From an uncultured candidatus Brocadiaceae bacterium (GTDB lineage: Bacteria > Planctomycetota > Brocadiia > SM23-32): a stretch of 64,000 bases of DNA. Location: contig CAYVBE010000002.1 of NCBI GenBank assembly GCA_964448935.1, forward strand, positions 3,594 through 67,593, given 5' to 3'. The position numbers and the translations under genes are program-made. Below, piece after piece: positions 36,468 through 46,485 of the stretch (positions within the stretch are counted from its first letter, which is position 1; each line of letters opens with the position of its first letter). The notes under the pieces are model-generated. The model had not been told where the DNA came from, made no database searches, and saw only the letters and a program-made list of their open reading frames with translations.

Positions 36468-38069
36468 TCAAAGGGCCGGCAGGGAGACCAGGTGCATCTC
36501 TTTGGGCTCGATGGCCTGCCGGATGCTGTCCATGGTCTGCTCGGGAACGGGGTCGTCGAGTGTGAGCGCCACGACCGCGTCGGCGCCCTTCTCCACACGG
36601 CCGACGTCCATGCTGGCGATGTTGATGTTCGCGTCGCCTAATATCGTGCCGAACTTGCCCACCATTCCGGGGCGGTCGTCGTAGCGCATGATCAGGATGC
36701 TGCGCGCCGGCCGGAGGTCAATGGCAAGGCCGTCTATCTCCACCACGCGCGGGTTTTTGCCGTCGAAGCACGTGCCGCAGACCCGGCGGGTCCTGCCCCC
36801 GGCCTCGGCCTCGACGCAGAGCAGGCTCTCGTAGCTGCGCACCTGCTGCGAACTCTCTTCCACCAGCTCTATGCCCCGCTCCTCGGCGATGCCGGAGGCG
36901 TTGACCAGGTTGACATTGCTCTCCGTGGTGGGCCGCAGCACCCCCGCCAGTGCGCTGACCGCCAGCGCCCGCGTGTTGCTCTGCGCGATGCGGCCCTGGC
37001 AGGAGACCCGGACTCGCGTGACGGCCTGCCGTTCGTGCAACTGCACCGTCAGCAGCCCCAGCGCCTCGGCCAGCTCGCCGTAGGGCGCCAGCTCCGGCTC
37101 CAGGTGGACCGCCAGGTTCACGGCGTTCTGGATAACCCCGTCCTTGAAGAAGGCGACGAGCTGCTTCGCGATGGTCTCGGCCACCTTGGACTGCGCCTCC
37201 TTCGTGCTGGCCCCCAGGTGCGGCGTCAGCACGATGTTGGGCGCTTCCAGGAGCGGGTTGTCCGGCGCGACGGGCTCCTCGGTGTATACATCCACGGCGG
37301 CGCCGGCGATGCGGCCCTCTTCCAGGGCGTCCGCCAGGGCCTGCTCGTCCACGATCCCACCGCGCGCCACGTTGACTATCCGCGCATCCGGCTTCATGCG
37401 GGCAAGCTCGTCGGCACCTATCATGCCCAGCGTGTCAGGCGTGGCTGGCGTGTGGACCGTAAGGAAATCGGACTCACTCAGGATTTCCCCGAAGTCCGCC
37501 AGCTTCGCACGTAGCTCCCGCGCCTTTTCCGGGTTGATGTAGGGATCGTGCGCCAGCACCTCCATCCCCAGCGCGCGGCAGACGCGGGCCACGTGCTGGC
37601 CGATCTTGCCCAGGCCGATAACGCCCAGCGTCTTGCCCTCCAACTCGACGCCGGTGTGCGCGCTGCGGTTCCATTCGCCCTGCCGGACCTCGGCGTGCGC
37701 AACGGGTATATTGCGCGCCAGCGCCAGCAGCATTCCCACGGTGTGCTCCGCCGCGCTGACCACATTGCCGGCGGGCGTGTTCATGACCACCACGCCGTGA
37801 TCGGTCGCTGCCTCGCAGTCTATAGTGTCCACCCCGACCCCCGCGCGCCCGATGACCTGCAGCCGCTCGGCCGCCTCGATGATGCGGCGGGTCACCTTCG
37901 TAGCGGACCGCACCACCATGGCATCGTAACCGGCGATGTCGGTCAGGACCTCTTCCTCGGTCCGGCCCGGCTTGAAGTCGGTCTGGATGCCCGCTTCGCT
38001 CAGTATGCGGGAAACGTCCTCGGACACCTTGTCCGCGATGAGCACTCGTATCTGGTTCATCTCTGGCAT
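36468..38069 (-). CDS. serA: D-3-phosphoglycerate dehydrogenase (long form with ACT domain)
   Basis: VIGRAGVGVDTIDCEAAT.HGVVVMNTP, GKTLGVIGLGKIGQHVAR, VNVARGGIVDE, TPHLGAST, and a C-terminal ACT-like end. I chose ATG 38069 (AGGA upstream); the track start is 38111. Confidence 0.9.
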   Translation of the reverse strand: MPEMNQIRVLIADKVSEDVSRILSEAGIQTDFKPGRTEEEVLTDIAGYDAMVVRSATKVTRRIIEAAERLQVIGRAGVGVDTIDCEAATDHGVVVMNTPAGNVVSAAEHTVGMLLALARNIPVAHAEVRQGEWNRSAHTGVELEGKTLGVIGLGKIGQHVARVCRALGMEVLAHDPYINPEKARELRAKLADFGEILSESDFLTVHTPATPDTLGMIGADELARMKPDARIVNVARGGIVDEQALADALEEGRIAGAAVDVYTEEPVAPDNPLLEAPNIVLTPHLGASTKEAQSKVAETIAKQLVAFFKDGVIQNAVNLAVHLEPELAPYGELAEALGLLTVQLHERQAVTRVRVSCQGRIAQSNTRALAVSALAGVLRPTTESNVNLVNASGIAEERGIELVEESSQQVRSYESLLCVEAEAGGRTRRVCGTCFDGKNPRVVEIDGLAIDLRPARSILIMRYDDRPGMVGKFGTILGDANINIASMDVGRVEKGADAVVALTLDDPVPEQTMDSIRQAIEPKEMHLVSLPAL

Positions 38070-38118
38070 TCCCGTCCTGATCGGGGTTGTAGAGAGAGCG
38101 TCGGAGGGCAACGCAGAA

Positions 38119-38147
38119 ATACTACCGTCTCAGCTCACGTTGGTCAA
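38119..38147 (-). promoter_or_regulatory. Candidate serA promoter (minus strand TTGACC-17 nt-TAGTAT)
   Basis: The reverse complement of 38142-38147 is TTGACC and of 38119-38124 is TAGTAT. Confidence 0.5.
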
Positions 38148-38205
38148 CACACTGCGGAGGTAATTCTCCGCCCTGCCGGCGAAACTACCACACTCATCCG
38201 GACAA

Positions 38206-39315
38206 TCAGATATCACATTCCGTTAGTTCTTCGGCGCGCACCTCGCGGCCCAGCTCCGCGGAGCGGTAGATGCCCTCGGCGATCAGTATCATGTTCAGCG
38301 CCACCTCGGCGGTCGGCATCAGCGGGACTTTCCCCTGAAGGGCGCGCACCCAGTGGCGCTGGGGGCTGTCGTAGGCGTCGGCGTCGCCCGCAGCATCCCA
38401 GCGTTCCCTCGCTGCATCCAGGTCCAGTGGCTCCCGTACCCAGGGATCGGTCACAGCAGAGAAGAAGCGCACCGGAGGCACATCCTGGGCGAAGAACGGG
38501 GCGAATACTATGCCTCCTTTGTGCCCGGCGACACAGCATCCGACATCTTCGTCCAGGTTCAAAGCCCACGCCGCCAGAACGTCCAGCGTGGCGCCGTTCT
38601 TGAAGTGGACGAAGCCCGCGCCCATCTCTTCCACGTCGTAGCCGCTCTCTTCGCGCAGCCCCTGGTCCATCGGCAGGCGGTCGTAGGTCTGCCCTACGAT
38701 ACGTTCGGGCTCGGGATTGCCCATCTGCCAGAGGACCCGGCAGATCGCGTAGATACCCCAGTCAATCAAAGCCCCGCCACCGGCGGTCTCGCGGCGCACG
38801 AAGGCCGGTGTGTTCTTGCCGTCAACGAACGGTCTTTTGCGTTTCAGGTTCACGTAGGCGCGGCCGTGGTAGATGTCCCCGCAACGCCCGGACTCGACAA
38901 CCTCTTTGGCCGCCCGGGCCGCGGGGCCGAACATGGTCCCGATTTGGATGTGAAGCATCTGCTGCATGGCGCGGGAACACTCCACCATGGCCAGCCCGTC
39001 GGCGTAGGTGGCCGCGATGGGCTTTTCGCAGTAAACGTGCTTGCCGGCCCGCATGGCGTCGCAGCTCACGGGGCGGTGGAGCATATTGTGGAGGCAGACG
39101 TCCACCGCTTCTATGTCATCGCGGTCCAGCAGCTCATGGTAGTCGGTGTAGACATCGGGGACTTCAAACTCGCGGGCGGCCGTCTCGGCGGCGTCCCGGT
39201 CTATGTCCGCCACCGCTACGATGCGCGAACCGGGAATCTCTCGGTATTTCCTCAGATGGCTGTTACCGATCTTACCCGTGCCGATTATGCCGATCTTGAT
39301 TTCTCTGTCACTCAC
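38206..39315 (-). CDS. Gfo/Idh/MocA family oxidoreductase
   Basis: IKIGIIGTGKIGNSHL Rossmann motif and YCEKPIA motif. GTG 39315 is preceded by AAGGAG at 6 nt; the track start 39333 is TTG. Confidence 0.85.
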   Translation of the reverse strand: MSDREIKIGIIGTGKIGNSHLRKYREIPGSRIVAVADIDRDAAETAAREFEVPDVYTDYHELLDRDDIEAVDVCLHNMLHRPVSCDAMRAGKHVYCEKPIAATYADGLAMVECSRAMQQMLHIQIGTMFGPAARAAKEVVESGRCGDIYHGRAYVNLKRKRPFVDGKNTPAFVRRETAGGGALIDWGIYAICRVLWQMGNPEPERIVGQTYDRLPMDQGLREESGYDVEEMGAGFVHFKNGATLDVLAAWALNLDEDVGCCVAGHKGGIVFAPFFAQDVPPVRFFSAVTDPWVREPLDLDAARERWDAAGDADAYDSPQRHWVRALQGKVPLMPTAEVALNMILIAEGIYRSAELGREVRAEELTECDI

Positions 39316-39348
39316 CGTCTGCTCCTTAAGCAATGCTTGTGGTAAGGG

Positions 39349-41307
39349 CTATTCTTTCCAACGAAGGGTCGTCAGCGAAAGCGGCTTCAGGCGCATCTCC
39401 AGCCGGCCTCCGCTCGTCTCCACGGTCTCCGGGGCGGGGCGTTTCGGGTCGGGAATGCTCACGTGGCTGGCGTTGAGGGCCGTCAGGTTAGCCGGCAGCC
39501 CCTCCAGGGCAATCGCCCTTCCGGCGCCCAGGTTGGCGACGTGCAGCGCGTAGGTGGTGCGGTCATCCTCTACACCCCGGAACGCCGTGAAGGTCACGCG
39601 GGGATTGTCGCTGTGCGTCCCCAGCGCCACGGCCGGCGTAGGCGTCCGGTTGGCGAACTGGCTCACCATCCAGTATCGGGCCGTCGGCTGCAGCCCGTCT
39701 TCCGTCTCGGTCAGCAGCGGGTAGCTGCCGCCGTACTCCCACTCCAGCAGCACCTGCGGCCGCGCGTGTAGCAGCAGGTCCTGGTAGACCTCGAGTTCCT
39801 TCAGTGCGTACAGCGCCGTCGAAGATGCCCGCGACTTGTGCGCCAGTGCGTTCCAGCCCAACTCCGCGCAGAACAGCGGCAGGTCGTGCTTTCGGGCCAA
39901 GTCCGACCACGCACGGTAGGTCTCCGGCGTCGCTCCGCCCCAGGAGTGGAAAGACAGCCCGCGCACGTATCTGCGGGCCTCCGGGTCTTCGAGCAACGGT
40001 TTCGGATATTCGATCTTGTCCCCGCCGGGAGTGTTGACGTCGCCGGCCAGAATGCGTGTCTTGAGCCCAAGCTCTTCCATGCGTTGCCCGAGCATTTTGT
40101 TGAAATCGCGGTGGTCCTCCGGGTCGGGGATGCGGCCGAGCTGCGGCTCGTTGAAGCTGAACATCGCCGGCTCGGCGTTGTAGTTCTTCTTGAGGTAGAT
40201 CAGATAGGCGCAGATGGACTCCACCACCTCCGGCCACTTCGAGCGCGCGATCGGCCGCTTTCCTTCCGGCTTCTCGGACTTCGGAACGCGCATCCAGTCC
40301 GGCACCTGCCAGCAGGAGATGATGAAGGGGATGCCGCGTTCGGCCATCCGGCGGGCGGCGTTCATCTCGGTCTGCAGGATCCACATGCCCTTCTCTTTGT
40401 CCTCGAAGGCGTCCCAGTTGATGTGGCCGGGGTTGCCGTCGTCATTCTCGGGCTCCCAGAACAGGAGGAACATCTGGGTGCGCGCCCAGGCAGGCTTCAG
40501 GCGGTCCAGCGTGTAGTCCACCGCCTCGCCGCGCGGCCAGAAACAGTAGTTGCCCCCAAAACCCTCCAGGCGGTAACGTTCGGTGCCCGTGTCCAGCCGC
40601 AGCCGCGCCGGGCTGTGATCGCTCTGCCCTTCTGTGCGGAAGCGATAGACCGTTTCTACCACCTGCTCTGCCCGCATGTCGCCCCCGTGGACGGTGATGA
40701 GCACGCGGTAGTGCGGGATCATCCAGCCGGGGTGCGCCTTCACGCTCAGGCGACAGGGCTTATCCGTCTCGAAGAACAGGCGCCGCCCGTCGGGCGCGAC
40801 GAATTGCAAGTTCGCACTCTGTCCCGAGAAGACGGTCTTCCTGGATTCGGGATTCGGCAGTTCGGCCTGCCCGTCGCCAGTGCCTTCCAGCCGTCCACCC
40901 GCGAAGTCGGTCGCGGGAACCTTGATGTCCAGGAATACGCCGTCGAGTCTCGCGTCGCGCAGCGCCCGGACGCGCAGACTCACTTCGACGCCCCCGGCAC
41001 CTTCCGTGAGGGACTTCTCGTACTGAAACGCCCTCTTCCCGTGCAGGTGCAGGTCACCGGTCCACCGGCGTGGCCCGTCCGAGTGCGAATGCTCCGTTTT
41101 CTCCGCGTTGGCCGGAGTCAGCCAGGGCTGCCATCGGGGCGCGGCGACGACGAACTGCGCTCGCACCGCCAGCAGGTCCCCGTCGTGCCGCAACCCCCAC
41201 ATCATGCCCGTCGGGTCCATGTCGGCGCGCCAGTCGGCCGCGCAAAACGTACTCGCTGTGCCAAAAAAGGAGACTGCCAGGCAGAGGACGGCGACGCGCA
41301 CGCTCAT
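39349..41307 (-). CDS. Secreted putative glycoside hydrolase (clan GH-A TIM barrel, GH30/GH5-like) with N-terminal beta-sandwich
   Basis: Signal peptide MSVRVAVLCLAVSFFGTASTFCA. FSFNEPQLG (NEP acid/base-type motif), FCAELGW (possible nucleophile context), HSWGG. The family assignment is tentative. Confidence 0.7.
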   Translation of the reverse strand: MSVRVAVLCLAVSFFGTASTFCAADWRADMDPTGMMWGLRHDGDLLAVRAQFVVAAPRWQPWLTPANAEKTEHSHSDGPRRWTGDLHLHGKRAFQYEKSLTEGAGGVEVSLRVRALRDARLDGVFLDIKVPATDFAGGRLEGTGDGQAELPNPESRKTVFSGQSANLQFVAPDGRRLFFETDKPCRLSVKAHPGWMIPHYRVLITVHGGDMRAEQVVETVYRFRTEGQSDHSPARLRLDTGTERYRLEGFGGNYCFWPRGEAVDYTLDRLKPAWARTQMFLLFWEPENDDGNPGHINWDAFEDKEKGMWILQTEMNAARRMAERGIPFIISCWQVPDWMRVPKSEKPEGKRPIARSKWPEVVESICAYLIYLKKNYNAEPAMFSFNEPQLGRIPDPEDHRDFNKMLGQRMEELGLKTRILAGDVNTPGGDKIEYPKPLLEDPEARRYVRGLSFHSWGGATPETYRAWSDLARKHDLPLFCAELGWNALAHKSRASSTALYALKELEVYQDLLLHARPQVLLEWEYGGSYPLLTETEDGLQPTARYWMVSQFANRTPTPAVALGTHSDNPRVTFTAFRGVEDDRTTYALHVANLGAGRAIALEGLPANLTALNASHVSIPDPKRPAPETVETSGGRLEMRLKPLSLTTLRWKE

Positions 41308-41393
41308 AGCTTTGTCCCGTTCTCGCGGAAGGGTCGGACGCCGGATGGTCTACTGTATCACGGGCGTGTTGTCAAACATGTGCCCGTCCCGCG

Positions 41394-41422
41394 TTGACGG
41401 GCGGGCCCGTCGCCGATAAGCT
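41394..41422 (+). promoter_or_regulatory. Candidate promoter of the URO-D family/recQ pair (TTGACG-17 nt-TAAGCT)
   Basis: -35 at 41394-41399 and -10 at 41417-41422. GGAG SD 7 nt before ATG 41459. Confidence 0.4.
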
Positions 41423-41458
41423 GGTGCGTCAACATCAGTACCTCTCTGGAGCTACACC

Positions 41459-42589
41459 ATGATGTCCGTCGCCGAATGCTACCGCCGCATTGCGCTTTTT
41501 CAGAAAGCCGATTTCATCCCGCACTTTGACGGCATGCCGGGTCCCGTCACTCGCGAAAGATGGCACGAGGAGGGCCTGCCGGAAGGGGTGACCGCGCGGG
41601 AGTTCTTCGGGCACGATCGCCGCTCGGCAATGCGCGGGGTGGACTTCGGCCCCATCCCCGGCCTTCCCCCGCCGAACGAGGACGACATGCCCATGACGCA
41701 GTGGGGGCGCGCCTGGCGCGACCGCTGGGGCCGTGTGGCCGTCTGGCACCAGGAAGAGGACCCCGAGTACGCCGAGCACGGGCACACCGTGCTGGAGGGC
41801 GGACTGCAAAAGCGTGAGGACTGGGAACGGATCAAGGACGACTTCCAGCCCGACGTCGAGGCGCGCTACCCCGACGACTGGGACGAGGTGGTTGAGAAAT
41901 ACCGGGACCCGGACCTGGTGAAGGTCCTGGCAGCCCCCAGCATGGTGGGCGGCCTGCGCATGGAACTGGGCTTCGAGAACTACTGCATCAAGCTCCACGA
42001 AGACCGCGCGATGATCGAGGAGATCATGGACGCGCGCGTGGACCTGGCCCTGCAGATTCTGGACAAAGCGGCCGACGAGATTGACTTCGACATGCTGTGG
42101 TTCTGGGAGGACTGCGCCTTCCGCAACGGTCCCATCATCACGCCCTCCATCTTCGAGGAGATATGCGTGCCCCGCTACCGGCGGCTGGCCGACTGGTGGC
42201 GCGGCCGCGGGGGCGACATCGTGGCCGTGGACTCCGACGGCGACGTGCGCGAGCTGATTCCCGGCTGGCTCGATGGCGGCATCAACCACATCTGGCCGAT
42301 GGAGGTCTTCGCCGGCATGGACGTGGTGGCGCTGCGGGAGCAATACGGCCAGGCCTTCAGCATGATGGGCGGCGTGGACAAACACGTCATCCCGAAGGGC
42401 CACGACGCGATCGTGCGGGAGTTGGAGCGCGTGGCGCCGGTCGTCGAGGACGGCGGCTACATCCCCGCCCTCGACCACCAGGTCCCCGACTGCCGCTTCG
42501 AAGATTACTGCTTCTATCAGGAGAAAAAGAAGGAAATCCTGGGCATTCTCCCCCGTCACGAACGCCAACCAGCCGCTCAGCCCAAATAG
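41459..42589 (+). CDS. Uroporphyrinogen decarboxylase (URO-D) family protein
   Basis: Family-typical C-terminal half (DMLWFWEDCAFRNGPIITPSIFEE..., DSDGDVRELIPGWLDGGINHIWPME). Probably not the heme-pathway HemE itself. Confidence 0.75.
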   Translation: MMSVAECYRRIALFQKADFIPHFDGMPGPVTRERWHEEGLPEGVTAREFFGHDRRSAMRGVDFGPIPGLPPPNEDDMPMTQWGRAWRDRWGRVAVWHQEEDPEYAEHGHTVLEGGLQKREDWERIKDDFQPDVEARYPDDWDEVVEKYRDPDLVKVLAAPSMVGGLRMELGFENYCIKLHEDRAMIEEIMDARVDLALQILDKAADEIDFDMLWFWEDCAFRNGPIITPSIFEEICVPRYRRLADWWRGRGGDIVAVDSDGDVRELIPGWLDGGINHIWPMEVFAGMDVVALREQYGQAFSMMGGVDKHVIPKGHDAIVRELERVAPVVEDGGYIPALDHQVPDCRFEDYCFYQEKKKEILGILPRHERQPAAQPK

Positions 42590-42595
42590 TCCACC

Positions 42596-44386
42596 ATGCT
42601 GCACAACACCCTCCAGAAATACTGGGGCTACGACAGCTTCCTGCCCCTTCAGCGGGAGGCCATGGAGAGCGTGCTGGAGGGCCGCGACTCCCTGGTCGTG
42701 CTCCCCACCGGCGGCGGCAAATCGCTCTGCTACCAGGCGCCGGCGGTGGAACTGCCCGGCACAGCGGTGATCGTGAGTCCCCTGATCTCACTGATGAAGG
42801 ACCAGGTGGATGCGCTGGAGGAGTGCGGCGTGCCGGCGGCGCGGGTGGACAGCAGCCTGCCCTATCCGGACCGGCAGAAGGTCATCGCCCGCTTTCATGC
42901 CGGTGACCTGAAGCTCCTCTATGTCTCGCCGGAGCGCCTGATGTCGGAGCGTTTTGCTCACGTGCTGCGCGGGGGCGACGTCTCCTTCATCGCCGTGGAC
43001 GAGGTGCATTGCGTCAGCATGTGGGGGCACGACTTCCGGCCCGAATACCGCAAGCTGGGCGCTCTCAAGGATCACTTCCCCGGCATCGCGCTGCACGCCT
43101 ACACGGCCACCGCCACCCACCGTGTGCGGCAGGATATCGTGGAGACGCTGGAACTGGAATCACCGGAGGTCCTGGTGGGTTCGTTCGATCGGCCCAACCT
43201 GGTGTACCGCGCCCGGCGGCGCGCGAACGAGCTGGAGCAGGTTTGCGAGGTCATTGACCGACACCCGAGGGAAGCCGGCATCGTCTATTGCATCCGCCGG
43301 AATGACGTGGACGAGATGGCCGCCGGCCTCGAGGCCCGCGGATACTCCGTCCTGCCCTACCACGCCGGTATGGAGCCCGAGGAGCGGAAAGGCAACCAGA
43401 ACGCTTTCTCCATGGGCGAAGTGGACATCATCGTCGCCACCGTGGCCTTCGGCATGGGCATTGACAAACCCGACGTGCGTTACGTCGTCCACGCCGGAAT
43501 GACCAAGACGCTGGAGCACTACCAGCAGCAGAGCGGCCGCGCGGGCCGGGACGGGCTGGAGGCCGAGTGCTGGATATTCTACTCCGGCAGCGACTACCAC
43601 ACCTGGAAGTTCCTGCTGTCCGACAGCAACCCGGATGTCCAGCTCATCCACCTGCAGAAGCTGAGCGACATGTACGGTTTCTGCTGCGACGTCTCCTGCC
43701 GGCACCGCACGCTGGTGGAATACTTCGGGCAGGAATACGAGAAGGATAACTGCGGCGCGTGCGACTTCTGCCTGGGGGAGGTGAACTGCCTGGAGAACTC
43801 CCTGGAGACCGCCCAGAAGATACTCTCCTGCGTGGCACGCCTGGACCAGCGGTACGGGGCCGGCTACACCGCCAACGTCCTGATCGGCTCGAATGCCGAA
43901 CGCGTGGTGCAGAGCCGCCATGACGAACTCAGCACGTGGGGGCTGCTCAGCGAATACCCCGCCCGGCAGGTGCGCAACTGGATCGAGCAGCTCGTGGCGC
44001 AGCAATGCCTGTCCCGCACCAAGCAGTACAAGGTGCTCAAGCTCACGGAGCGTGGAATTGAAGTATTGCGGGGGGAGCGGTGGGCACGCCTCTCCAAACC
44101 CCGCCAGAAGCGCGTGAAAGCGTCCCGAGTCCAGGGGGAAGTCTGGGAGGAGGTGGACCTGCGGCTGTTCGAGCGCCTGCGCGCCCTGCGCAAGGACCTG
44201 GCCGACCGGGGCGGCGTGCCCGCCTACGTGGTCTTCGGCGACGCCACCCTCCGCGGCATCTGCCGCCGCCGCCCGGAGACGCCGGAGGAGTTCCGGGAGG
44301 TAAAGGGCGTGGGCGAGAAAAAGTGCCGCCGCTACGCCGATGTCTTCATCGAAGCCATCCAGGAGTTCGAGGCGGACTTCTCGTAG
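42596..44386 (+). CDS. recQ: ATP-dependent DNA helicase RecQ
   Basis: FGYDSF-type opening (WGYDSFLPLQREA), LPTGGGKSLCYQ, DEVHCVSMWGHDFRPEY, the RecQ Zn-binding Cys cluster, and a C-terminal HRDC (LRALRKDLADRGGVPAYVVFGDATL). Confidence 0.95.
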   Translation: MLHNTLQKYWGYDSFLPLQREAMESVLEGRDSLVVLPTGGGKSLCYQAPAVELPGTAVIVSPLISLMKDQVDALEECGVPAARVDSSLPYPDRQKVIARFHAGDLKLLYVSPERLMSERFAHVLRGGDVSFIAVDEVHCVSMWGHDFRPEYRKLGALKDHFPGIALHAYTATATHRVRQDIVETLELESPEVLVGSFDRPNLVYRARRRANELEQVCEVIDRHPREAGIVYCIRRNDVDEMAAGLEARGYSVLPYHAGMEPEERKGNQNAFSMGEVDIIVATVAFGMGIDKPDVRYVVHAGMTKTLEHYQQQSGRAGRDGLEAECWIFYSGSDYHTWKFLLSDSNPDVQLIHLQKLSDMYGFCCDVSCRHRTLVEYFGQEYEKDNCGACDFCLGEVNCLENSLETAQKILSCVARLDQRYGAGYTANVLIGSNAERVVQSRHDELSTWGLLSEYPARQVRNWIEQLVAQQCLSRTKQYKVLKLTERGIEVLRGERWARLSKPRQKRVKASRVQGEVWEEVDLRLFERLRALRKDLADRGGVPAYVVFGDATLRGICRRRPETPEEFREVKGVGEKKCRRYADVFIEAIQEFEADFS

Positions 44387-44407
44387 CCCGCCCGTCGGAG
44401 CCGGGAC

Positions 44408-46405
44408 TCAGATCGAGAACACCGTGTTGCCCTGGGCGCCGGTTATCAGGTCTATGGCCGCCCAGACGCCGCCTGCCATGAAACCGGCGAGCACCATGCC
44501 GATAAACAGCCGCCGCGTGACGCGGTAGCCCCTGTAGCCGCCGAATTTCACGACAAAGCTCTTGATCAGCCACGCCATGAAGATCGAAAACCACAGGTTG
44601 TACACCATGTGCGTGTTGCAGACCAGGAAGCCTATGGGGTGAATGGGCCACCAGAAGAACGTCCGCTGCGCGATGGTGAGCAGGCCCATGACGATCGCCC
44701 CGACGCCCGTCCATGTCAGCCCTATCGTACTGACGCCCTTCATCTGCGCCGTCACGCTGTTATACCACCACCACGGCACGCGCGCGGAGTTAACCATGAA
44801 CCACGAGTGCAGGCTGCTGGCGCCGTGCCGATACCCGGTCCGGATGGTTATGTAGGAGGCCGCCGCGTAGGTGATCAGCAGCACCAGCATCATGCCGAGG
44901 AAAAGCCCCCGGCGGCGGCGCGGCAGGTACATGCCCTCCGACATGCCCACGGCGGGGGTCTGGCGCAGGTCGGCGTTCCAGAACTGGTGGCCCAGCGCGG
45001 CCACCTGCTGCCGCCCGAGATTTGACGAACCGACGATGCTGTTTATGTAGGGTGCGACCCCCACGATCGTGCTCAGCGAGGGCAGCCCCACCTGGGCGAT
45101 GATCCGTGCCACCGTGTAGTAAAGCGCCACGAAAAAGACGAGGAACAGCAGCGCGATGGGCAGACGAAGCCCGCTCTGCCGCAGCCAGACCACCATGACG
45201 GCGGCGCTGATGAGCATCGTGATGAAAGCTCCCCGATAGGAGAGCGGCTCTTGGTCATCGTAGTCGCGCTCACCCAGCCCCAGCGCACACAGCGCCGCCC
45301 TTTTCAGGTGGTCGCGCGCGTACCACAGGCTGGCCGCTACGAAAACCACCATCGCGCCCAGCACCATGTGCTGCATCTCGGGCGGGCCACCGTAGCGCAT
45401 GTCGGTTTGCATGCCCCACCCCCTGGCCTGGATCATCTGTCGCAGCAGCCAGGAACCCAGCGTCAGGCTCCAGACGCTGAAGGCGATGCGGTTGGGAATC
45501 ATGAACACCAGCCCGATCACCACGGTGTCCAGCATGAACCGAAGCTGGTAGCCCTCCGCGAAAGTTACGGTCTCGCTTATCCGCAATCGGCCGCTTTTGC
45601 CGAACAGGTAGAACCGGAGGCCGATGCAGCTATAGAGAAAGAACATGGTGCCCAGGCCAACCCAGAACGCCTTGCTGCGGAAGATGGAGGTCTCGCCGCG
45701 TGGGTTGCCCATGGCGGAGCAGAGTTCGGCCGGGATCTGGACGATGGGGTAGCTCAGGTGCTCGCGCTCCATCCACTGCTTGCGCATGACGGCCATGATG
45801 GCACCCAGGCAGGCGAAGACGGCCATCAGGTAAACCCCCCACAGCGCCACCGGCTGCAGCCACGGCCGCCATGGAATCGCCTCCCTGGACGGTATGCCGG
45901 TCCAGAACTTCTCGATGGCCACCGTGTCGCCGCTCATGTCCAGCGGCGCCAGCCAGGATTCCAGGTGCGGCACCAGATCCGTCTGCCAGTGATTGCCCGA
46001 ATTGGCAAAGTAGTAGGCAGAGGACATCATGGGCACCGTGTGCACCACGCCGCCCGAGGTGACCACCGAGCCGGCGACGATCATCAGGGCGGCCACGAAC
46101 AGCATCTCCTGGGTGCTCAGTCCAAAGCGTCGCACTGCCCGGCGGTAATCCGGTCCGCCTAACCAGATGACCACGTGCGCCACGCCCATGGGCAGCGCAT
46201 TCAGCAACAGGAAGGCTACCGCAATCAGGAAAGATGCCCCGCCGCTGTGATAGTCCGTGAACAGGTAAGACGAGGACAGGTAGATGGTCAGGTAGGGCTC
46301 GGCCAGACCGATCACGATGGCCATCAGACAGCCGATGGCAATGCTGCGCAGTGTTACGAATCCACGGTGCCTCTCGACGGTGCCTTCTGCGTCCGGCCGC
46401 TCCAC
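44408..46405 (-). CDS. Large polytopic inner-membrane protein of unknown family (more than 12 hydrophobic segments)
   Basis: 665-aa ORF made of regularly spaced hydrophobic helices rich in W/Y/F at the interfaces. The antisense ORFs are compositionally implausible. I recognise no transporter signature. Confidence 0.75.
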   Translation of the reverse strand: MERPDAEGTVERHRGFVTLRSIAIGCLMAIVIGLAEPYLTIYLSSSYLFTDYHSGGASFLIAVAFLLLNALPMGVAHVVIWLGGPDYRRAVRRFGLSTQEMLFVAALMIVAGSVVTSGGVVHTVPMMSSAYYFANSGNHWQTDLVPHLESWLAPLDMSGDTVAIEKFWTGIPSREAIPWRPWLQPVALWGVYLMAVFACLGAIMAVMRKQWMEREHLSYPIVQIPAELCSAMGNPRGETSIFRSKAFWVGLGTMFFLYSCIGLRFYLFGKSGRLRISETVTFAEGYQLRFMLDTVVIGLVFMIPNRIAFSVWSLTLGSWLLRQMIQARGWGMQTDMRYGGPPEMQHMVLGAMVVFVAASLWYARDHLKRAALCALGLGERDYDDQEPLSYRGAFITMLISAAVMVVWLRQSGLRLPIALLFLVFFVALYYTVARIIAQVGLPSLSTIVGVAPYINSIVGSSNLGRQQVAALGHQFWNADLRQTPAVGMSEGMYLPRRRRGLFLGMMLVLLITYAAASYITIRTGYRHGASSLHSWFMVNSARVPWWWYNSVTAQMKGVSTIGLTWTGVGAIVMGLLTIAQRTFFWWPIHPIGFLVCNTHMVYNLWFSIFMAWLIKSFVVKFGGYRGYRVTRRLFIGMVLAGFMAGGVWAAIDLITGAQGNTVFSI

Positions 46406-46485
46406 GGTGTCTCCCTCAGGGGGCTGAATGCACGGTCCCCATACGATAACGAAGTTGGCTCTCCGTCACAATCGCCGCAGCGATT

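Noticed and set aside
37548-41397. Plus-strand ORFs 37548..38603, 38353..39345 and 39838..41397
   Set aside because: They are antisense to serA, a Gfo/Idh/MocA gene and the GH-A-like gene respectively. They have no motifs and a biased composition.
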